Below are positions 24,974-37,189 of a DNA stretch of 64,000 nucleotides, one piece after another; the stretch's first letter is position 1; every line of letters starts with the position of its first letter. The position numbers and the translations under genes are program-made. The notes beneath the pieces were generated by a model. It was not told the DNA's origin and made no database searches. It saw only the letters and a list, made by a program, of their open reading frames with translations. Source of the stretch: Hemiscyllium ocellatum (taxonomy: Eukaryota); the NCBI RefSeq assembly GCF_020745735.1, contig NC_083401.1, forward strand, positions 167,266,018-167,330,017, read 5' to 3'.

Positions 24974-25293
24974 TAGAATCCCTACAGTATGGAAACAGAC
25001 TATTTGGCCCAACATGTCCACATCAACCCTCCCGAGAGTAACCCACACAGACCCATTTCCCTAACAAATGCACCTAACTAACATACCCCTGAACACTATG
25101 GGCAAATTAATATGGCAAATTCACCTAGCCTGCACATTTTTGGACTGAGTGAGTAAACGGGGCACCTGGAAAAAACCCACACAGTCACAGGGAGAATATT
25201 CAAAACTCCATACCGTCGCCTAAGGTTGGGATCGAATCCAAGTCCCTACCACTGGGAGGCAGTAGTGCTAAACCACTGAGCCATTGTGCCACC
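24974..25293 (-). mobile_element. Older HE1-type SINE
   Basis: Diverged but colinear with the other HE1 copies, including head and tail. Confidence 0.8.
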
Positions 25294-25323
25294 TTGAAAC
25301 ATGGCGAAGTTGTGAACTGCACT

Positions 25324-25391
25324 CGAGCCAAACAGGAACCTGCAATCTCAGAATCCCTAATCAGACGTGTTATCCATTGTGTTACGAGCAC
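25324..25391 (-). pseudogene. Degenerate tRNA-Arg(ACG)-like pseudogene
   Basis: Minus strand GTGCTCGTAACACAATGGATAACACGTCTGATTAGGGATTCTGAGATTGCAGGTTCCTGTTTGGCTCG aligns with vertebrate tRNA-Arg-ACG as recalled (CAATGGATAAC, CGTCTGA, AGATT.CAGGTTC, TGGCTCG). It has about a 5-nt T-arm deletion, an anticodon position reading AGG, and no encoded CCA. Confidence 0.75.
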
Positions 25392-27059
25392 TGTGTTGCA
25401 CCGTGCTATTTTCTAAAGGAAGAAAAATGAAGTCGGGAAATCTCCCTGCTAAACTTCCTTTTAATCCTTGATACACAATCAACCCATACAAGATTATAGA
25501 TAAACATACTCCTGATGAGAGCATGAGGACTGGGAGCAGTAGGCAATTCAGCCCATCAACCCTGCTTTGCCCTTCAATATAATCATGGCAGATCTCATCT
25601 CTGCCTCAACTCTAATGTAAATAAATGGACGATTTCGTCCAATTTGTAACAGATTGACTGACTTCGCCATAACCCCGACATATATTTTTAAAACACAGAC
25701 AAATTAGTTATGTCTAAAAGGAGGAAAGGCAGAAGGGAGACAAACTATACTCACCCCAGACAATCTTGCACCTTTGCTGGCTGCTTGTTTGATTTAGTTT
25801 CTGTTGAAGAACAACTTACAAACAATTCCTTCTTTTATGTCCCAGCCCCAGTTTGGCCAATATTCATGCAGTGAAAGAAGAAAAAACAGAGTAAATCCCT
25901 CTGAACGGACAAGTTCCTCAAAGTTTGCAACTAGAATGCAAATATAAGAAATTTTATATAATCACAGACTCCTGCAGAAGAATGATGAAACTTTATCTTC
26001 AAGGTTTAATGCTTTCACAGCAGCACTAAAATATTCTGCAGCAATGCTCACAGGACTTCTTGCAGAATTTAAGGAGAGTTTGCAGCATTAACTAAATTGA
26101 CAAAAAAAGTCAATTTATCACAATTTCCAAATTTTAAATAAAATCTATTTATGCTCATGTTGTGTTGATACCCAGTGCAGAATCTGTTCACAGTAAAACA
26201 AGAAAAGGCTCTTAAAAGCAGTTTTCACTTTTAGTAACAGGTCTGCCTTGCATTTCAGCTTTGAAACTAAGAGATACAGAGTTAATGTTAGCCGGTGCAC
26301 TGTAGGGATAGCATTCATCAATCAAAACATCGTTTGTTAATGGGAGAGGAGTATTTGCTTCTTTCTTCACTCTGGAAATCAACAATTCCCTGAAAACATT
26401 CCTGGGAAAGCTCAAGGGCTCAATTTTGATACGAGTTTTGGAATCAAATGGATGCTATAGAAACAGGACTATTTCATCTTGAGTGAGCATATAGCAAGGT
26501 TTTTACTTTCATTCCATCCACTCCCTCTACACCCATCCCCGACCTCCGGCTGTAATCAAATTAAGCCTCATTCATGCTGACACAGTAGGAATCAATTTAA
26601 AATTGAAACCCAGGCTTTAATAATGATCCCATGGAATAACAAAGAATTTTTCTTCAATCTCTGAAGAATCTTGTGAAGTATGAATGTTATTTCTGTTTAT
26701 GATGCAGCAGAGAAGGACAGTGCCAGTTTCCAGACACCACATGACATGTAGGCAAGAAGAGAAATTGATAAGGAGCATGAACAACATCTTTGACTCTGGT
26801 TTCCTTAGACTTTGCTGAAATGGAGCACAGAGAAAAATAACCAACTATGCCATTGCAAACTTCTAAGATGAGCACACTCATGTTTTCTTCTTCCTGATGA
26901 CCACTCTAGAAATCCTTGAGCACCCTGGTCTACAATTTTTGCAACCCTGTCGCATACTCCTCAAAGTTCCAAAGCTAAGCAGCAAAGTAACAAGTCCATT
27001 TCTGACCGAGTTCAGCTGTAACTCCTTATCTCTACATCGGATACATGGAACAGTCCATC

Positions 27060-27990
27060 TTCCGTAGTTACAGTGACACCATTCCCCACCTTTTCCTCCG
27101 CTATGTCATTGACTGTCTCGGTACCACCTCATGAGCCCACATGAAGCTTGAACAGTTCATCAACTTCACAAACACCTACTACCCTGACCTCAAGTTCACC
27201 TGGACCATCTCGAACACCGCCCTCCCATTCCTGGAACTCTCCATCTCCATTTCTGGCTACCGACTGAACACAGACATTTACTTCAAACCCACCAACTCCC
27301 ACAGCTACCTGGACTACACCTCCTCCCATCCTGTTTCCGGCTGGGATATTCCTGCACATCCACACACGCCATCTACTGTGTCTATTGCTCTCGATGTAGT
27401 ATCTCCTACAGTGGAAAGGTAGGACGACTACTCAAGAAATGCTTCAGGGAACATGCTGCGTGAGACACACGCAGCAAACAGCCCCTCCACCCAGTAGTCA
27501 ATCTACACCCCCCACCCCCCCACACTCCACCAAGGACATGGAAGTCCTGGGCTTCCTCCATTGCTAAATCCAAGCCAGCTGATGCCTGGAAGAAGAACAC
27601 CTCATCATCCACCTTGGGAATCTTCCAACCACACGGCATCAATGTCGATATCACCAGTTTCCTCATCTCCCCTTCCTCAAATCATCCAAGTCCCAATCCT
27701 CTAACTCAGCACTTCCCTCTTGAACTGTTTTACCTGTCCAACTTCCTTCCCACCTATTTGCTCTACACTCCACTCTGAAATATCACCATCACCCTGTACC
27801 TGCATCTAGCTATCACCTTCTGAGCCAACTTTCCCAACCCCATCCCTTCTCCTATTTATCTCTCGGCCCCCTCCTACCCCAACATTCCTGAAGAAGAGCT
27901 TGTGCCTGAAACAGTGATTCTCCTGCTCCTCAGATGCTCCTTGAATTGCTGTGCATTTTCAGCTCCACATTTTAACTGTAACTCCTCTCG
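27060..27990 (+). mobile_element. Penelope-like element family 1, internally deleted 3' fragment
   Basis: LEQFINFTNTYYPDLKFTWTIS...LPFLEL...DIYFKPTNSHSYLDYTSSHP (PLE RT/thumb). Decayed hammerhead at 27884-27919. Confidence 0.85.
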
Positions 27991-28129
27991 GCCTGCATGA
28001 TGCAATACTTTAGTGCTTGTGTCCCTGATCTTAAATCTTGGCTTCCAGTGTCTCTTTCCACATTATCCCCACAAATTTCGAACAGCCGCTCTGGACAACC
28101 CATAGCCTGTGTCTGTGTCTCATGCTATG

Positions 28130-28915
28130 TCTGCGTGAAGCCTCAGAACACCAGGCTCCAGCCTCTTGTAGGTCAAGTGAAGACAAAAGGACAGTGAATG
28201 TGCCAAAACCTGATTGGGTGCGATTGATCAGGGTAATCAAATCCAATCTCCATTGTCAGATCCTCAAGAACCTCCCAAAAGGGTGCGAGATTCAGAAGGA
28301 TTGAGTATAGGAGTTGAGACGTCATGTTGTGGCTGTGCAGGACATTGGTTAGGCCACTTTTGGAATATTGCATGCAATTCTGGTCTCCATCCTATGGGAA
28401 GGATGTTGTGAAACTTGAAAGGGTTCAGAAAATATTAACAATGATGTTGCCAGGTTTGGAGGATTTGAGGTAAAGAGAGAGGTGGAATAGGCTGGGGCCG
28501 TTTTCCCTGGAGCATCAGAGGCTGAAGAGTGACCTTATAGGAGTTTATAAAATCATGAGGAGCATGGATAAGATAAATAGACAAAGTATTTTACTTGGGG
28601 TGGGGGAGTCCAGAACTAGAGGACATAGATTTAGGGTGAGAGGGGAAAGATATAAAAGAGACCTAAGGGGCAACTTTTCCATGCAGAGGGTGGTACGTTG
28701 AGCTGCCAGAGGACGTGGAGGAGACTGGTACAATTTCAACATTTAAATGGCATCTGAATGGGTACATGAATAGGAAGGGTTTGGAGGGATATGGGCCAGG
28801 TGCTGGCAGGTGGGTCTGGATTGGGTTGGGATATCCGGACAGCATGGACAAGTTGGAACGAAGGATCTATTTCTGCACTGCATCACTATGATTCTATGAC
28901 TCTATGACTTTATGG
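28130..28915 (+). mobile_element. CR1 3' end
   Basis: RPLLEYCMQFWSP-type remnant and (CTATGACT)n tail. Confidence 0.88.
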
Positions 28916-29879
28916 TAAGAATCACAACAAGACTCCACTCAGTGTGATAACTTGAGAATAGCCACGGAAAGAGAAGACACCAGCAAGACCATTGGAAGAA
29001 AACGACAGCAGCACTTGGAGCACAGCCAAGTTCTAGTTTGGGTGTACAATCATGCAAAGTTAAGTTAAAGCATAAGACAGTTTGTGGGGTTTAATCATAA
29101 GATCATTGTATATTTATTGTACTAGTATTAATTGTGTTTAATAAACAAATATTATTGTTTATAAGAGTAACTCACAGATCTTTGCTTGGAGTAAGCGTTT
29201 AAACACATGGTGCAACAGGACATTTTCAGGAATCCAAAGAGTCACTGGTACGACACCAGTGGAATATTCTTTTGGATTACTGCTTTCTCACAATAATTAT
29301 TTTTAAGTTCTTCTCCCTCACTCTCTCTCCAATGGAACAGAGGGGAAAATACAACATTAAAGATCAATACTTGCATAATACAATACGCAAAAATTCATGG
29401 TATTAGTAAATCTTTCATAACTTGTTAAATATTTACAAGTGGCATATGAAAAAGGCATTCTGCTGAAAAAGTGCTTGCATGTAACTTTTCATTTGCATCT
29501 GTATTCACTTTCAAATTCAATCAGCACAAAACAGAATACAGCTTCATGCTATCGTTAAGGGTAATAAGGCAATCACCACTGATTCGTTGAGATCCAAATT
29601 TCAAACATGAGACCAAAGTTTGCCATGCAAAAACAATAGATGCAAATGCTGCAAATCTGAAATCAAAACAAAGCGTGCTGGAAATACTCACGTCTGGTAG
29701 AGTGTACGAAAAGAAAAATCAGCTCTTAGTCACCTTTCACCTCAGCATATTTCTTTTTATTTACAGAAGAGAAGATGTCTGGGCCAGATGTCAGAAGGGT
29801 ATAATATTAATTCCAGTAGCATGCTTTCACCATATTACCCCAGGTCTTTGATTGAAAGATGCACTTCCACCATTAACCA

Positions 29880-30830
29880 TGCTGTGATTACTCCCTCTTT
29901 GCTTTTCTGAAATGATCCGTAAGTTGGCATCCTGTCTGCCTGATGTAAAGGAGGCCACATCGAGTGCAACAGATACAGTGAATGACATTTGTGGAGGTAC
30001 AGATAAATCTCTGTTGGATGTGGAAGGTCCTTTGGGGCCTTGAATGGAGGTGTGGGGGATGTATGGTGCAGGTGATGCACTTCTTGCAGTGGCAGGGGAT
30101 GGAATTGGGAGTGGTGCGTGGGCTGGTGGGGGGCTTAGATCTGACAAGGGGGTCACGGAGGAAGTAGCCTCAAATCCATCAGCACTTTGGAGAGACCTGT
30201 ACTTCCACAACTGCCATCTACTGCATCCGTTGCACCTGACATGGTATCGTTTATCAGAGAGATAGGATGCCAACTTGTAGGTCGCTTCAGAGTGCATCTC
30301 TGGGACACCCACACCAACCAACCCCACTTCCCCATGGCTGAGCACTTCAACTCCCCCTCCTATGCCACCACGGACATGCAGGCTCTGGGCCTCCTTCATC
30401 GCCAAATCCTTGCCTCCCGATGCCTAGAGGAAGAACACCTCATCTTCTGTGTTGGGACCCTGAAAGCCCACAAGATTAATGTGGTTTTCAGCAGTTTCCT
30501 CTTTCTCCATTCCCCACCTTATCCCAGTCCCATTTACCTCTTGATCTGCTCATTGTCTTTCCCATCCATCCGCTCTATCCTTCTCCCCAACCTATCACCT
30601 TCTCCCCCAACTTCATCTACCTATTTCATTCCCAGCTATCTTCCGCCCAGCCTCAAACCCCTCTCGTTTATCTCTCAGCCCCTTGGCACACATGCCTCTT
30701 TTCTGATGAAGAGCTTATGTCTGAAACGTTGATTCCCCTGCTTCTCGGATGGTGCCTGAACTGCTGTGCTTTTCCAACACCGCACTCTCGACAGTGATCT
30801 CCAGCATCTATATTCCCTGCTTTGTCCTAA
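29880..30830. mobile_element. Two family-1 PLE fragments head-to-head (minus about 29880-30165, plus about 30200-30830)
   Basis: GIY-YIG-region remnants on both strands. The plus copy ends in the terminal repeat, with a decayed hammerhead at 30699-30734. Confidence 0.75.
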
Positions 30831-31479
30831 TGACTAGAAAAACTGCACTGTTTTGTTTGAAATTCAGTCCCATTGTGTCTAATTCCAGATAGGAGCTTTA
30901 ACATGGATTCTTACCAAGTCTAACTTTAATCCATTAATAAAAACAATGGAGTTTTCATAATATGAATCATAAGACAGTGATTTGGTATTTGAACTAACCT
31001 TGACGGATGATTTTGTGCATAAAACAATCTGTTTCTCGGGAAATATCACTGGATAAGCCTGCTGTCAATCATATCACCTTATTACATTTGATCGGTCTTT
31101 TCCTTTAATTAAGTCTGTGCGGTCCATTTCAAAAAACATATAAATACTGTGTAATTTTTTAATGTAATTGCATCATTTCTCCATGGAACAGAGAAACTTT
31201 TAACCGCTATGTTGCTGGGTAAGTCTGCACCAGGCTGCCCTGATTTATTAAGCTGGTAACCTTGCTTCAAACCATACTCCTAGTGATTCTTTTGACCGAT
31301 CTCGATACCGAGGGGTCCCGACTGGGAGTCTAGATCTTCACAGGGAGTGAAGATTTTGCAGATGTGATTCCAGTCAAGTCATTGCTTTAACCTGAATGGA
31401 GTGCAGTAGCATGAGTGTTGTACCTTGTAGATGGTGGACAGTCTTTAGGAAGTCAAAAGGTGCCATATGCATGAACCAT

Positions 31480-32400
31480 CTCAACGAAGGACATGAGGAT
31501 AATCTTCCAGAGTTTGTAGATGATACAATGATAGTTGTACAGATAGATGATGTTAAGGAGGAGGGGAGGCTGCAGAAATTCTCGGACAGCCAGAAACAGT
31601 GGGCAAACAAGTGGCAGATGGAACACAATGTGGAAACATGTGCGATTATGCACTTTGGTAGGTGGGATAGAGGCATACACTGTACTCTAAAGGCTTTATA
31701 AATTCTGAAGCATAAAGGGATTTTGGAGTCCTCGCCCTTTCTGATAATTAATGTGCAGGCTCAGTTGGCAATTAGGAAAGTAAGTGCAATGTTAGCATTC
31801 ATATCAAGATTGTGAGAATACAAGAACAGAGACAGACTGCTGAGCCTGCATAAGACTTTGATCAGACTACGTTGGTGTATTAGAAGCTATTTTGGGTACA
31901 ATATCTAAGGAAGGATGTATTGGCTTTGGAGGTGGACTAAAAGGTTCTTGGGAATGATGGCTTCTCAAATGAGGAACAGTTGAGGACTGTATCTCTGTAC
32001 TCGATGTAGTTTAGAAGGATCGGGGGTAGGGGTGAGGTTGGAATGAAACTGATATAATACGGAGAAGCTTGGATTCAGTGAGTGTGTGGAAGATGTTTGC
32101 ATTAGTCAGAGAGATCCTGATGCAAGGGCATAATTTCAGAATGAAGGGATGAAGGGATGTCCGTTTTTGGACGGACATAAAGAGGAAGTTTTCCAGCCAG
32201 AGATTGGTAAATCTGTGGAACGTTTTGCCACAGAAGGTTGTGGATGCTACTAAAGACAGAGATAAATACGACCTTGATTAGCAAGGAGGTCGTAAGTTGC
32301 GCGGAGAAAGCAGGAGAATGGGAATTAGAGACATATCAGCAATTTTCGAATGGTGGAGATGACTTGACGGGCTGAATGGTGAATGTCTATCCCTACATTC
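31480..32400 (+). mobile_element. Old CR1 3' portion
   Basis: EFVDDTMIV...WANKWQMEHNVETC remnants followed by a CR1-type 3' UTR. Confidence 0.7.
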
Positions 32401-32864
32401 AAGTCCTTCTGGTTATATGGTGTATTAATCACAACACAATTGTGAGGGTTTGACCCGCACTTGTAGACCTTGTATATTTAAGTCGGTTTGACTTCACTTT
32501 CTGATCAAAGGTAACCCCTGTTATATAGACAGTGGGAGGATTCAGAGTCGGCTAGTAGTCCAGTAATATGCTGTACATAAACTGCAATCAGTGAATCACA
32601 TCTGCTGGGAACACATTGTCTTGATGATGATTGCCACTTTGAATCTGTTATTTTCAAAAGACTGATCCTGTGATGCCAGTGTTGTTGAATTCAATACCAT
32701 AGATGCAATTTCGCACAGCACTCAGCAAGACTAAATCATGGCATATTGAAGACTGTTTAAAAAAAAACAAAGCTTAAAAATGCTGAATCTTTTCTTACGT
32801 AATGTTCATAATTGGAAGCACTGCTTTCCTGCTCGTGTTCAAATCAGAAAACTTGTCCCATAGA

Positions 32865-33395
32865 GTCAGAGATTCATAGAGTCTACCACCCCCTTCGGTG
32901 CAGTCTGGTCCTTACCGACCAAAGTATCTATCCACATAAACTCCATTTCTCTACACTTGGAACATATCCTTTTAATCCTTCCACAACCATTTATTTGTTC
33001 AAATGCCTTTTAAATTTTGTTAATGCACCCGCCTCTAACACTTCCGCCGGCAGTTCCTTCCATATGTGTACCACCTTCTGTTTAAAAACTTCGCCCCTCT
33101 GGTTCCCTTTTATTCTTTTGCCTCCATCCATAAACTAGTGCCCGCTAGTCTTCTATTCCCCCTGTCTGGGAAAATGACTGAGTGCATACACTCAATCAAT
33201 GCCCCTCATGTTCTTATGCATTTCTATAAAATCACTCCTCATTCTCCTCCGCAATGAAGAAAGAATTCCTTGCTTGTCCAAGCTCTCCCTGTAACCAGAT
33301 CGTTCAGTCTTGGCAGATTCTTGTAATTTTTTTCTGCACACTTTCCAGTTTAATAACATCCTTCTTATAGCAAGGCGACCAAAACTGAACACAAT
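32865..33395 (-). mobile_element. CR1 3' end
   Basis: CATAGAGTC tail repeats at the left and a CR1 C-terminal remnant. Confidence 0.75.
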
Positions 33396-33784
33396 GTTGA
33401 GCTTGCAATTATTTGGAAAGATAAGTTTTGCTCAGCTGCCATTTCTTGTACTACCGTATTTTTATTTTACTATTTGTATGACACTGCAAAAGCGTTCTTC
33501 TTTAAATCCTGAAAGAAATAAACCCTGTTGAACATACTCCTGACTTCTCGAATTTCATTCAATTTATTTTGATTTAACAGATATTTCATGGCCGCTGCAC
33601 ATCAGTGAAGAGAGAAGAACAGGAAGTGATAATGGATTATTTTGCACTGTGTCTGTCACTGTACCAGCTTGTCTCTCCAGACACCTAAAACTTTTATTGT
33701 CAAAAAAACCTCAGAATTATTATAGCACAGATAGAGAAAATTCAGCCCACCATGGGTCCACGAGCTCTTCAACTGCACCGTTTG

Positions 33785-33990
33785 GAGAAAGACTGTTAGA
33801 GAGGGAAAGAGAGGGCGAGAAAGAAAGGGAGAGAGAAATAAACAGCAAGAGATAAAGTGAAGGGAGATAAACTTAGAGAGGAGAGAAATGGGAGCGAGCG
33901 ATTGAGAAAGGAAGGGGTGTTAGATGAAGGTGAGGTTCGATAGATCAGAAGATAGCATGAAGGGAGATAGAAAGGCACAGACAGTAGTTG
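33785..33990. repeat. Polypurine (GA-rich) low-complexity tract
   Basis: About 200 bp that are almost exclusively A/G on the + strand. Confidence 0.8.
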
Positions 33991-34310
33991 AAAGTATTAT
34001 TAAGAAATTATCCTGAACTGCAAGCCCTTTATCTGATGCCAGACCTTGTGAGCATTAAACTGATACTGGATATCATCCAAGATCATTTATCTACAATAAT
34101 ATTGCAGAGCTGAATTGTGGATAGCGATGCAGAGTCCAATTGACCAAGTGCAGCAGGAGCTAATAACACTCGCACTGTGTGAGAGACTGGGGTGGAGAAT
34201 CTCACTGAGGTGTATCGCTAACAGAGGAGAAATCAGTATCTCAGCTGTGGATTAACTAATGATTGATAACATTTTCACACAACTTCCATGGTTGTGTAAT
34301 CCACGTTTCA

Positions 34311-34492
34311 GGAGAAAGTGAGGTCTGCAGATGCTGGAGATCAGAGCTGAAAATGTGTTGCTGGAAAAGCGCAGCAGATCAGGCAGCATCCAAGGAACAG
34401 GAAATTCGACGTTTCGGGCATAAGCCCTTCATCCTGATGAAGGGCTTATGCCCGAAACGTCGAATTTCCTGTTCCTTGGATGCTGCCTGACC
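34311..34492 (-). mobile_element. Short family-1 Penelope insertion forming a 58-bp-arm palindrome, with 14-bp TSD
   Basis: TAATCCACGTTTCA at 34297-34310 and 34493-34506. Arms 34376-34433 and 34436-34493 are reverse complements with one mismatch and a 2-nt spacer. Confidence 0.93.
34431..34464 (+). ncRNA. Hammerhead ribozyme motif at the palindrome centre
   Basis: ATC CTGATGA A GGGC TTAT GCCC GAA ACGT C GAAT: core, stem II and GUC site intact; stem I shortened. Confidence 0.65.
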
Positions 34493-35498
34493 TAATCCAC
34501 GTTTCAACTTATTTAACTCAATGTCTTCAGTGCATTTTAGCAAATTTATCTCTTTGTATTTTCCATCTTTTATTGTGTACAGAAAATCATTTTGTCCCTA
34601 TGTTTTGTACTGTATAAACACATATCATTAATGTTTCTCCTGATTGCTCATTGTAGATCTATCCTCAAAACTGCTCTTCATATGAGGTATAAAGAGTAAT
34701 GTTCCAATACTGATGACTGGGAACATCAGTGTTCCTCCTCCCATTCTGAATACCCATATAACCAATGCACTTTGTTTTCTATCACTTCCCCAATAATCAA
34801 ACTGTAAGTGAAGTCCATCAAATGATATTTCATCACAGTTCCTTGACATTGATAACATCAATAGCATGACCCTTATCTACCCTCTCTGATCCTGGAAGAA
34901 CAATCTGAATTGCATTTTTCAGGCACAATTCTGTTAACATATCCATGCTTTTTTTCTGCTATACCCTTCACTTTCTTAGGAACATTTTCCCTCAGATTAT
35001 GAACAATAAAAATTTTCTCAGTTTTACTGACATTGCAATGAGTGATCAGTATTTACAGGATGTATGGCCCCATTCATGAACAAAGAAGCATGTTTATGGT
35101 CCGACAATCCTCTGACATTACTCCCATATACAAATCAGATCGAATTGAAACACACAATCGAGCTAATATATCCAACATTCATTCCCCCAGTTACCCTCAC
35201 ATATCCCATCCAAAATGTGTAAAGCTTCAATATTATGTTGAATTTCAATGGAATATTGTTGAATTGAAATGGGTTAACTGGAGGTATTTGTTCAGTGACT
35301 GTGATTAATGTCAGTCTCCATGGATCCTAAGTATGTCACTGGGGGGTTGCCTCTTTTGTGAAGAAGGGATTCCTTTCAATGTGTTATCCCATAGTATGAC
35401 TGGGAGCATCACTTACAGAACTAACAGGAATCAGCAACTCCAGAGAGAGGTGGAGGACAGATCAGAATCTAAGAATAACCAACTGGAACATTCCAAAA

Positions 35499-35715
35499 AT
35501 GGATCAGCATCTGAGAATAACCGACTGGACTGTTCCAACAATGGATCAAGATCTGACAATAACCGACTGGAATGTTACAGCAATTGACAGGAGTTTATCC
35601 AATGGTCTTTACTATCTTTCTCAGCCTTGGATATCATTAGCATCACGGATTGAAGATGTATTGATGGTTATTCAAGCTGGTTACTATCCCATCCTTGCTA
35701 TAGTTGGTGTTCCTG
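35499..35715 (+). CDS. First coding exon of a GPR139-like class A GPCR (N-terminus to mid-TM1); exon 2 not found in window
   Basis: MDQHLRITDWTVPTMDQDLTITDWNVTAIDRSLS...WISLASRIEDVLMVIQAGYYPILAIVGVP followed by a strong phase-1 donor G|GTAAG (217 nt). The YYPILAxxGVP motif with an intron at this point is recalled from shark sequences annotated as GPR139-like. Confidence 0.65.
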
Positions 35716-37189
35716 GTAAGTTTTCTATCTGTCCATTAAACTGGGTTGAACAAAATTGCTGTGCCTTGTCTTGTAAATTTTGGAAAGATGGAAGTCAATA
35801 TTTTCATTTCCATTCAAATGTTCCATTCCTTCCAAATAATAATGAGCAAATGTTTATGAACAAATCATTCATCAATATGCAAGGAGAAACCAGACTGTTC
35901 TCAAACTCCTTGATCATTTTCTCTTGCAACAGATTTACTCCATATCCTTCCCCACTCACCAATCATGTACAGTACCATCATCATGATATCCCAGTTTCTT
36001 CCTCAGCCTCAGTGCAACTTCTGAATAAACCACCATTTGTGCCTCTGTGCAATCAGGATACAACTGTTACAAGCCCCTTCTAACCACACTTTCATTATAA
36101 AATAATTGCACTTGAGATGTTTAACTCATTCTCTCCACAGAATCTGTCAGATGGAAAGAAAGCGCATAGTGGTCATGTTATTAACTCCTAATCTAAAGGC
36201 ACAGAATAATAATCTGTTCATATCTCATGAAGGAAACATTTGGAATTGAAATAAAACCATCATCATTTATTGTAAAATGACTGCTTGATGTCCTTTAAAG
36301 AAGGCAGTAGTCATGTCTCCGTGTTACTGGAAATCCACAGCAATGTGTTTTATGTTTTGCTGTCCTGCGAAACAGCTGAACAAGCCAGTCAGTTCAAGAT
36401 AGGCATAACATGCTGGCTTTATTAGTGCTGGACTCATCGCATGAAAGAAGATTAAAAATAAAAATAGCTCCCTGCCTCTGCCTATTTCCCAAATTATTTC
36501 TCATTGAGTCTGTTCACAAGAGTGGTGTTCATTTCCATACCCACTTCTGGTGCTAGCTTTATTGATGTGGGCATACAGATGCAAATAACTGGTAAAATCC
36601 ATACCAGTCACAGTGCATAAGAAAGAAACAGAAACAACTAACTGAGGAAAAAGAACTGTTATCATCAATTCTGAGAATGTTATTGAGACACTATTTGGGG
36701 TATTTCGGGATAGGTTTTCTCTCCTACATCAGGAATGATCTCCTTGCCACAGAGAGAGTGCAACGGAGCTTCACCAGACTAATCTCTGCAATGATGGAGC
36801 CATGAGAAGTGAGGGAAGATGAATCTGTAGCACTGTGAGAGAATAAGTGGTGATTGCATTGAAACTTGAGGATGATGGATAATTACACATTATTTTCTAA
36901 ACAGACAGTGATAAAATCTCCATGTCTTAGTTTTTAATGAGGATATTTGATTCTGGATAATTTAAGTATCTCTGAGGACAGTCTCCCTACCTTATCCCCA
37001 CCCCAGCTCTCCACGGAGATAAGAAGGTCCAGATTTTGAATGAAGTGTCACCAATTTAATACAATGCAGTTGGTGTGTGATCCTGCACTGAATGTTGCGT
37101 TATCACAATCCTGACACAGCCTTCATTCTAATTCAGTTAACTATTTCCATTAGCTTATGATCTCCATGGAGAAAGTGGATCTATCTTGT

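Noticed and set aside
25860-26900. Unique-looking segment with short ORFs and possible splice acceptors
   Set aside because: No recognisable domain or consistent exon structure.
28915-29240. Possible solo LTR
   Set aside because: It has an LTR-like appearance (AATAAA, ends in ACA), but no clear TG start, TSD or second copy in the window.
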